Origin: Pedosphaera sp.
Lineage (GTDB): Bacteria; Verrucomicrobiota; Verrucomicrobiia; Limisphaerales; SIBH01
DNA: 22,989 nucleotides
Direction: 5' to 3'
Assembly (NCBI GenBank): GCA_031414955.1
Contig: JANOQV010000119.1
Location: 1 to 22,989 of the forward strand
The notes beneath the pieces are model-generated. The model did no database searches. It was not told where the DNA came from and saw only the letters and a program-made list of their open reading frames with translations. The position numbers and the translations under genes are program-made. Shown here piece by piece: positions 17,560 to 22,989 of the stretch (its first letter is position 1; each line of letters opens with the position of its first letter).

Positions 17560-19131
17560 TCAGGGCGCGGGCGGCGAGACAATCGCGTAAAGATTCTGCA
17601 TCGTGGCCACGTAGAGCACGCCGTTGGCCGCCGTGACCGTGGCGCTGATGGGATGCTTCAAATCCAACTCCGCCAGCACGGTCTTCTCGCGCGCCGCCGC
17701 CCACACGTAGAAATTCCCGCTGCGCGTGCCGAGGTAAACCTTTCCGTCCGCGACATACGGCGAGGCCCACGAGTCGCCCTTGATGTCGTGCGTCCAAAGC
17801 GGCTCCCCGCTCGCGGCTTCGAGGCAGTGCATCTTGCGCCCGATGTCGGAGATGAAGATGAGTCCGCCCTCCACCGCCGCTGTGGCCAGGACATGCTTCT
17901 CCAGCGGATACGTCCAGACCGTGCCGGTGCGCGTGATGTCGCCGGCCTTCGTCACGTCAATGCACTTGAGCCAGGCCTCGTTCTTGCCCCAGAAGATGTC
18001 CCCACCGCCCGCGACGTAGAGCCGGCCCTCCCGAAAGACCGGCATACCGTAAATGTTGCTCGGCCCCTCTCGCTTGTTGGTGGTGAAGCGATGAACTTCC
18101 GTGCGCGGAGCGTCGGGGTCGAAGTCGAACTCGAAGACCTTCTTCAGATGAAGCGGATTACCTCCGACCCGATCCGTCACCGCGCGCACCTCGGGCTGGA
18201 GCGGTTCAAATCCATACACTTTCCCATTCCCGCCGCAGAAGAAAATGACCTGCTTGCCCTTCACCAGGCCCAGCGACGGCGACGACCAGTTACAATGAAA
18301 CGTCTCCGGGGCCACGCGTTCGTTGTCCCGCGCGAGGTAGGCGCCCGTGCGCTTGTCCAGCACCACGAGTCCCGGCGCCTCCGGCGTCCGAATCTTCCGG
18401 TGCGTGCTGTCCACACCCGTGCCGCTGTTCAGGTAAAGATGGTCGCCCAGAATCAGGATCGAACTGTGCGAACCGTCGTGCGACCAGATGCCCGCGCCCT
18501 GAGTGAGATCGAACTTCCAAAGAATGTCCGCGTCCAGCGGGCCGGGCGTGAGCAGGGTTTCTAGTTTGGGGTTTGGGATTTGGGATTTGGTGATTTGGTT
18601 GGTGCTGTCCGCCATCGTCTTCTGCACCATGTAAACGCCCTCGTCCTGGAACGGCCCGTCGTTGCCGTTCACCAGACCCTTCGCATCCAGGCACAACACC
18701 GCGCCGCGATTATCGACCACATAAACGCGGTCCCCCTCGACCGTGGCCGGGGAAGAGATGCCGCAGTTCGGCCAGTCGTGATACTTGTCCTCCTCCCGCT
18801 TGGGCACGACCAACTGCCAGAGCAGCCGGCCCGTGGCCTCCTCGAAACACATCAACACCCCCCGGTCGCCGCGATGCTTCGCGTCGCGCGGGTCGCTGTT
18901 ATTCGTGCCGATGTAAACGCGGCCATTGGCCACCACGGGCGTGGAATGGGTCTCACTGCCCAGCTTGGCCACCCACTTCACGTTCCGGCCCGACTTGGGA
19001 TCAAAGTCCGCCGGCAAGCCGCGCTCAGCGGAAACCATGTTCCTCGACCAGGCCTGGCCCCACTGCGGCTGATCGGCGGCCGGGAGCGAGACCGCGAGAG
19101 CGACGAGGGGCAGAGCGCGCAATAATTTCAT
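17560..19131 (-). CDS. Secreted PQQ-binding-like beta-propeller protein
   Basis: ATG 19131 with signal peptide; DQPQWG, NVKWVAKLGS, STPVVANGRVYIGTNN, WASPYVADGKVY. Confidence 0.88.
   Translation of the reverse strand: MKLLRALPLVALAVSLPAADQPQWGQAWSRNMVSAERGLPADFDPKSGRNVKWVAKLGSETHSTPVVANGRVYIGTNNSDPRDAKHRGDRGVLMCFEEATGRLLWQLVVPKREEDKYHDWPNCGISSPATVEGDRVYVVDNRGAVLCLDAKGLVNGNDGPFQDEGVYMVQKTMADSTNQITKSQIPNPKLETLLTPGPLDADILWKFDLTQGAGIWSHDGSHSSILILGDHLYLNSGTGVDSTHRKIRTPEAPGLVVLDKRTGAYLARDNERVAPETFHCNWSSPSLGLVKGKQVIFFCGGNGKVYGFEPLQPEVRAVTDRVGGNPLHLKKVFEFDFDPDAPRTEVHRFTTNKREGPSNIYGMPVFREGRLYVAGGGDIFWGKNEAWLKCIDVTKAGDITRTGTVWTYPLEKHVLATAAVEGGLIFISDIGRKMHCLEAASGEPLWTHDIKGDSWASPYVADGKVYLGTRSGNFYVWAAAREKTVLAELDLKHPISATVTAANGVLYVATMQNLYAIVSPPAP
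18563..18598 (-). repeat. Heptamer tandem repeat (GATTTGG/CCAAATC type) inside a CDS
   Basis: AGTTTGG GGTTTGG GATTTGG GATTTGG T GATTTGG; reads as NQITKSQIPNPKL in the propeller. Confidence 0.7.
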
Positions 19132-19323
19132 GACTGGCAACTGACGCCCACGGTGGACGCTCACTTCATTTCCCCGCGCCGGAGAGCGCGGCGATTTCGC
19201 CCCGGGCGGTGGCCGTGCGCAAGCACCTTGGGCGCGAACCCTGGCCGGCCCACGTTGGGGAAACCGACCGTGGCCACCGCGCTCCCCAGCCCCGACACCA
19301 GTCGGGGCTCGCCACCTGATTTG

Positions 19324-19351
19324 CCCTCAACCATCAACTCTCAACTCTCAA
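19324..19351 (+). repeat. Heptamer tandem repeat (CTCTCAA type, 4 copies)
   Basis: CCCTCAA CCATCAA CTCTCAA CTCTCAA. Confidence 0.7.
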
Positions 19352-19413
19352 CCAACTTGGCCCTCCGCCTTGAGCAACGCGAGGTCATTGGCCGCATCCA
19401 CCTTCATTAACTT
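19348..19413 (-). pseudogene. Relic of a trypsin-like serine protease domain
   Basis: Minus frame reads KLMKVDAANDLALLKAEGQVG*, matching the catalytic-Asp region (D...DLALLK) of trypsin/HtrA-type peptidases; no His or Ser motif nearby. Confidence 0.5.
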
Positions 19414-19526
19414 GCTCCGCGAAACGAGAATTAAAACCGACAAGGCGGCCTCAAAACGCTCCTTGATCAACACAAGCGCGTTGATGTCTATTGCCCACCG
19501 ACAGTTTCGGTTGTGAGCTTGCCTGG

Positions 19527-20111
19527 ATGAAAGTCGATCAATTCATTGCCCGATTTAGAACGCACTTTGAAACAGAAGGATTCAGTTTTGTCGATGGAGG
19601 TGTGACAGGCCCAGTCGTGCCAAGAGTTCCTCCCGCGCAGCAGCTCTGGACCTTTGGTTACGAACGAGGAGCAACGGATGAAGCGCTTTCTGCCTTGGCT
19701 TCAGAGTTGGTTGAACTCGCTGACCTAATTTCGTTTCGTTTGACAAGTGGTGCACCGGTTCTCGTTCTGGCTTTCAGTGGAGATGGAATGACGGACGAGG
19801 CGATAATTGGGCACTTTGTCCTTTTCGAACGATTTGCTCCCAAGTTAAAGAAATTTTCGCTCACATACTCGGGAGGCTTGAAGCGACAGGTTTGGCTGAA
19901 TGTGTTCGTCATTTTTGAAACAACTAAATGCGCGTGCCACTTCCATTTGAACGTGCAGCAGCTTTGCCTTCGCACGCAGTTCTGGAACAAGATTTATGTC
20001 AGACCGTGGGGAATAGACCTCGAATCCCGCCGTGTTTATCGTGCCAAAACGTTGCTCCCCGAGTCTGCTGATTTTTGGTCTGCCGAGAAATTGGAGCAGC
20101 AACTCTTCTAA
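19527..20111 (+). CDS. Hypothetical protein (AT-richer than its surroundings)
   Basis: 194-aa ORF from ATG 19527; no recognised motif; 14 bp upstream of the next ATG. Confidence 0.7.
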   Translation: MKVDQFIARFRTHFETEGFSFVDGGVTGPVVPRVPPAQQLWTFGYERGATDEALSALASELVELADLISFRLTSGAPVLVLAFSGDGMTDEAIIGHFVLFERFAPKLKKFSLTYSGGLKRQVWLNVFVIFETTKCACHFHLNVQQLCLRTQFWNKIYVRPWGIDLESRRVYRAKTLLPESADFWSAEKLEQQLF

Positions 20112-20125
20112 GCAAACTGGTTCGT

Positions 20126-20776
20126 ATGCGCCATAACCCTCGCAATCGCCCAACGCTAAACCGGTACACAAGCCTGCCAGTCCTCCTAGACATCCTCACA
20201 AGGAAGGAGATCATGCTTTTGAATCCAGCATCGTGGGAGGACATAAACGATTCGTTTTACATTGAGCAGTACAGGATTAAGAAGAACCTGAAGGCAGTTC
20301 TGGCCCTCTGCTTCACGACACGAGCTGAGACTTTTCACCATTGGAAGATCTTCTCCGGAGGATCGAGTGGGGTCTGCATACGGTTTTACAGAACAACGTT
20401 CCTCCAGTGTGTGCGCGATGTTCAAGGAACCCATTCAAAATCTGTGAAATACAGGCTCGTCAAAGAACTGAAAGAGAATCCTCCGCCCCTCGAAGACTGG
20501 CCCTTTCTGAAGCGCAAACCATTTCGGGACGAGGGCGAGTTCAGGATTATCTACGAAAACAGCGAGACATGCGAAGAGACAAAGGCAATCCCATTTGATG
20601 TCAATTGCATTCACTGGATCTCCTTAAGCCCTTGGCTACCACGTTCTATTATGGAGACTGTCAAGAAGGTCATAAAAGCAATCGATGGCTGTGAAAAGGT
20701 TCCCGTCAACCGATCCACTCTGATCGAGAATTTAGGTTGGAGATCAGCAATCGAGAATACGCCGGCTTGTTCCTAG
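20126..20776 (+). CDS. DUF2971-like protein
   Basis: RYTS...NPASWED.ND, LCFT..ETFHHWKIFS...GVCIRF, V.Y, FLKRKPFRDEGEFRII: the motif order typical of DUF2971. Confidence 0.7.
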   Translation: MRHNPRNRPTLNRYTSLPVLLDILTRKEIMLLNPASWEDINDSFYIEQYRIKKNLKAVLALCFTTRAETFHHWKIFSGGSSGVCIRFYRTTFLQCVRDVQGTHSKSVKYRLVKELKENPPPLEDWPFLKRKPFRDEGEFRIIYENSETCEETKAIPFDVNCIHWISLSPWLPRSIMETVKKVIKAIDGCEKVPVNRSTLIENLGWRSAIENTPACS

Positions 20777-20798
20777 ATAGTTGATTGGCGCTTCTCGT

Positions 20799-20855
20799 GT
20801 CTTGCGAACTCTCCCTTGTCAGCCCCCCTTCAACCACTCCCGCAGCGTGGCCAGG
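20799..20855. repeat. 57-bp imperfect direct repeat, copy A
   Basis: 50/57 identical and ungapped versus 22142-22198 (aligned by eye). Confidence 0.9.
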
Positions 20856-20983
20856 TCTTTTTTGAAGTGCGCGCGCATGGCGTCGTTCTCGCCCAGTTCG
20901 TATTCGTGATGCTGGCAAATGGAGCCGGTGTAGTTCGTGGCCTGCAAGCGTTTGAGGAAATCACGGTTCACCATGCCTTCCCC
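20819..20983 (-). pseudogene. 3' fragment of a sugar-phosphate isomerase/epimerase (TIM-barrel) gene
   Basis: GEGMVNRDFLKRLQATNYTGSICQHHEYELG...KKDLATLREWLKGG* matches the GxG..Y.G...HxEY C-terminus of the xylose-isomerase-like family; the 5' part is replaced by REP palindromes. Confidence 0.7.
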
Positions 20984-20986
20984 ATT

Positions 20987-21048
20987 GGCTGCTCCTCTCC
21001 CTGGCCCTCTCCTCACTCGTGCCTCGCGAGGAGAGGGAATCGGCAGCC
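20987..21048. repeat. REP-like hairpin
   Basis: CCCTCTCCTC (21005-21014) / GAGGAGAGGG (21028-21037) 10-bp stem, with outer GGCTGC/GCAGCC. Confidence 0.7.
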
Positions 21049-21050
21049 GT

Positions 21051-21191
21051 GGTGGGGCGCGTCGCTCCGCGCGCGCCGCCGCTGCGGAGAGGGTTGTGCG
21101 GAGTCCAGAAAACCAAATCGTCGCGAGACGCCACCACCCTCGCGCCTCATCCAGTCACACCCCGGCGCGCGCGGAGCGACGACGCCCTACC
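21051..21191. repeat. REPIN-like element with GTAG-type ends
   Basis: Perfect 19-bp inverted repeat CGTCGCTCCGCGCGCGCCG (21060-21078) / 21163-21181, with outer ends GGTGGGGCG / CGCCCTACC. Confidence 0.8.
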
Positions 21192-21213
21192 CGCGCACGC
21201 CCTTGCCGGCGCG

Positions 21214-21519
21214 TCAGGCTGGCGGGAAGAACCGGGGCAAATCCCTCATGCCGTGAAGAACGCGCAGGATCACGATCCGGTCGCCGCGCGGCTGATAGAA
21301 GACGAGGTAGTTTCCGAAGCCGTCAACCGCCCGGGAGCGGACGCCGACGAGTTTGCGAAAGCTGCGTTGCGAGCCGAGTTCGGGATGGGCCGCGATGTAG
21401 TCGAAGGTTTGTTCCGCCGCCGCCAGCAGCCGATCCGCCGCGTCCACATTGTCGCGGGCGATGTAGCGCCAGTGTTTGTTCAGATCGAGGCGGACGCGGG
21501 CCTTGACGACGTAGTTCAT
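21214..21519 (-). CDS. parE: ParE/RelE-family type II toxin
   Basis: DL..HWRYIARDN.DAADR, HPELG, YLVFY...IVILRVLHGMRDL; TGATG overlap with the antitoxin gene. Confidence 0.88.
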   Translation of the reverse strand: MNYVVKARVRLDLNKHWRYIARDNVDAADRLLAAAEQTFDYIAAHPELGSQRSFRKLVGVRSRAVDGFGNYLVFYQPRGDRIVILRVLHGMRDLPRFFPPA

Positions 21520-21782
21520 CACGCGACGGGGCCGCCAGCGTGTTCCTGATGAAGTTCGGTGCGAAGATCAGTCCAGAAAGTTTTGCTCGCGGGCAGGTCG
21601 GGGCTGTCGAGACCTTCCTGGATTTCCTGTTCCAACCAGTCCGCGCCGGCTTGCAGCATTTTTTCCTGCTCCTTCCAGCGGCGCAGGCTGTCGCGGATGA
21701 CTTCGGCCACATCCACGTAATCGCCACTGGTGATTTTCTCGGCGACGAACTTGTCGAGGCTGGGAGACAAATCAATTTTCAT
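21519..21782 (-). CDS. parD: ParD-family (ribbon-helix-helix) antitoxin
   Basis: MKIDLSPSLDKFVAEKITSGDY...EVIRDSLR...IQEGLDS pattern; directly upstream of the ParE-like gene. Confidence 0.88.
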   Translation of the reverse strand: MKIDLSPSLDKFVAEKITSGDYVDVAEVIRDSLRRWKEQEKMLQAGADWLEQEIQEGLDSPDLPASKTFWTDLRTELHQEHAGGPVA

Positions 21783-21788
21783 GGTGCG

Positions 21789-21817
21789 AGGCTATTGCGG
21801 ATGGCGGCGGTTGTCAA
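21789..21817 (-). promoter_or_regulatory. sigma70 promoter of parDE (probably leaderless transcript)
   Basis: TTGACA(21817-21812)-17 bp-TAGCCT(21794-21789)-6 nt-ATG. Confidence 0.7.
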
Positions 21818-21843
21818 AAGGCGAGGGTATCGAGACCAGTCAC
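21814..21843 (-). pseudogene. Probable N-terminal scar of a VapC/PIN toxin
   Basis: GTGA overlap with the antitoxin stop; reads (M)TGLDTLAF*, and xxLDT is the typical PIN-domain start. Confidence 0.5.
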
Positions 21844-22073
21844 GACTCGCCTCCGCGCGCGTCATTGACCAATGCGCTCAAGGGCTGGCCGGGCGGCTGG
21901 TCGCCCCAGACGGCTTTGGCCCGTGCGAGAAAATCCGGCTGTGGGCGCGAGGCGGGGACGAGCTTCGCCACGACTTGATCCTGCTGCGTGACCTCGACTT
22001 CTTCTCCGGCGGCAAGCCAGCCCGAAATCTTGGCCCACTGCTCCGGCACCTGCTGAACGCTGGCGGTTTTCAT
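21840..22073 (-). CDS. Phd/YefM-like (VapB-type) antitoxin, orphan
   Basis: MKTASV...W...GEEVEVT....VAKLVP. Upstream TTGCGG-17 bp-CACTTT-6 nt-ATG (22108-22080). Confidence 0.78.
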   Translation of the reverse strand: MKTASVQQVPEQWAKISGWLAAGEEVEVTQQDQVVAKLVPASRPQPDFLARAKAVWGDQPPGQPLSALVNDARGGES

Positions 22074-22141
22074 GCCGGGAAAGTGCCGGGCAATTCACTC
22101 TGCCGCAAGCCGCGAAATGAATGTTCACTGCGCTGCTGCCC

Positions 22142-22198
22142 GTCTCGCGAACTCTCCGTGGTCAGCCCCCTTTCAGCCATGCCCGCAGCGTGGCCAGG
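22142..22198. repeat. 57-bp imperfect direct repeat, copy B (encodes LATLRAWLKGG* on the minus strand)
   Basis: 50/57 identical to 20799-20855; retains the TIM-barrel gene's last codons, stop and downstream 20 bp. Confidence 0.9.
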
Positions 22199-22397
22199 AA
22201 CGCCGGAAATGAACGTCATCAACGCCCGAACTGAACTCGCCCCGCTGCCGGGGACGCCGTCCCGCCTCGCCGGGCACCGGTTCCAGCCGGCGGCAGGGCC
22301 ATTCCCGCTCAAAACCGCGCTTTTCCGCGCTGGAGGGGCGTTTTTCCGCCTCGGAGGGGCCATCCCGGTCGCGGTGGGGTGTTCCACGGGCTTCGCC

Positions 22398-22691
22398 GGG
22401 AAGACCCCGGCGGTTTCTTGGGCCACCCCGCGCGAAAAGGTTTGGAACCCGGAGCCGGGAGGGAAGACCCCGCCGGTTTCGTGGAACACCCCGGCGCGCG
22501 GAGGGGCCACCCCGGCGGATTCCGGGAAGCCCCCGGACGTTTCCTGGGCCACCCCGCGGGAAATGGTCTGGAACCCACGCCGTTCCTGGGCCACCCCGCT
22601 GCGCGGAGGGAACACCCCGGAAGCCGCAGGGCACACCCCGGCGACTTCTTGGAACACCCCCGAACGCGGAGGGACCACCCCCGGAATAAGG
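22398..22691. repeat. Degenerate 21-bp tandem array (14 clear units, about 4 more degenerate units back to ~22314)
   Basis: Units of form (G/T)GG-NNN-ACC-CCG-N9 in exact 21-bp phase without indels. The plus frame reads GKTPAVS WATPREK VWNPEPG GKTPPVS WNTPARG GATPADS GKPPDVS WATPREM VWNPRRS WATPLRG GNTPEAA GHTPATS WNTPERG GTTPGIR. Confidence 0.9.
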
Positions 22692-22836
22692 AGCGCGACC
22701 GTCCCGGTCGCTCCAGCCGGCGTCGCCCCGGCTGGCTCCCCGCCCCCCGTGCCTGCACCAACCACGACGTTCTTTTCGCGAGGGGAAGTTTTCGGCGAGA
22801 CGCCGAAAACCGCAGGCGAGACTCCGCGCGCTCCCC
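22690..22836. repeat. REPIN-like element with double-hairpin arms
   Basis: Left arm GGAGCGCGACCGTCCCGGTCGCTCC plus CCAGCCGG..CCGGCTGG; right arm GTTTTCGGCG-AGA-CGCCGAAAAC (22788-22810) followed by ...CGCGCTCCCC. Confidence 0.65.
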
Positions 22837-22849
22837 AACGAACTCCTGC

Positions 22850-22989
22850 ATGACTTGGGACACCGGCACCTGGGACAGCGGCTTCTGGGATGCACCGCCC
22901 GCACCCGCCTCCGACTATTTCCTCTCCAAACCAAAAACAAAAACACAGATGAAACGACAAAACTATTATCCCAGCCGCATCGGCGATCA
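22850..22989 (+). CDS. 5' end of a hypothetical protein (runs off the window); start at ATG 22850 or 22949
   Basis: MTWDTGTWDSGFWDAPPAPASDYFLSKPKTKTQ-MKRQNYYPSRIGD in one open frame; A/C-rich tract before the second ATG. Confidence 0.65.
   Translation, partial: MTWDTGTWDSGFWDAPPAPASDYFLSKPKTKTQMKRQNYYPSRIGD

Noticed and set aside
19153..19410. 85-aa plus-strand ORF
   Set aside because: Low-complexity; it runs through the heptamer repeat and is antisense to the protease relic.
22209..22240. MNVINART as a HigB-toxin start remnant
   Set aside because: The resemblance covers only a few residues and there is no further support.
22398..22691. CRISPR array
   Set aside because: The period is only 21 bp, units are degenerate, there are no 25-45 bp unique spacers and no cas genes.
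21540..22853. 437-aa plus-strand ORF as a single gene
   Set aside because: Its 5' half is antisense to parD and the Phd-like gene; only the part from about 22179 is a candidate, and it is reported as a finding.
19300..22989. Integron, prophage or IS element
   Set aside because: No integrase, transposase, phage genes or convincing attC sites are visible.
1..22989. tRNA, rRNA, riboswitch or selenocysteine recoding
   Set aside because: No recognisable cloverleaf, rRNA or riboswitch consensus, and the Cys motifs in the Fe-S genes are intact with no in-frame TGA. An Infernal/Rfam scan would be needed to exclude small RNAs.

Overview
GC-rich bacterial chromosomal segment. Gene content and the style of the intergenic palindromes suggest a Verrucomicrobiota-like (PVC) organism; this is an inference. 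Positions 1-19.2 kb are mostly core-type genes: secreted alpha/beta hydrolases, FG-GAP and PQQ-like beta-propellers, a YncE/alkaline-phosphatase-superfamily lipoprotein, DUF1080, DUF2007, a CBS protein and aroC. Embedded at 2.3-8.1 kb is an unusual Fe-S/sulfur module: a small stand-alone protein with the cysteine pattern of the HdrA N-terminal domain, a 2x[4Fe-4S] ferredoxin, a group I cysteine desulfurase, an orphan GcvH-like lipoyl carrier and a translationally coupled CobW/COG0523-like GTPase. From about 19.3 kb to the end is a variable hotspot with no integrase or transposase in view. It contains a protease relic, an AT-richer two-gene cassette (unknown + DUF2971-like), two diverged copies of the 3' end of a TIM-barrel gene, a parDE operon, and a Phd-type antitoxin whose PIN toxin appears reduced to a few codons. 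It also contains several REP/REPIN palindromes and a phased 21-bp tandem array whose reading frame ends on the start of a truncated gene with a (W-D-x-x-x)3 leader. All assignments are from motif recognition only; no searches were run.
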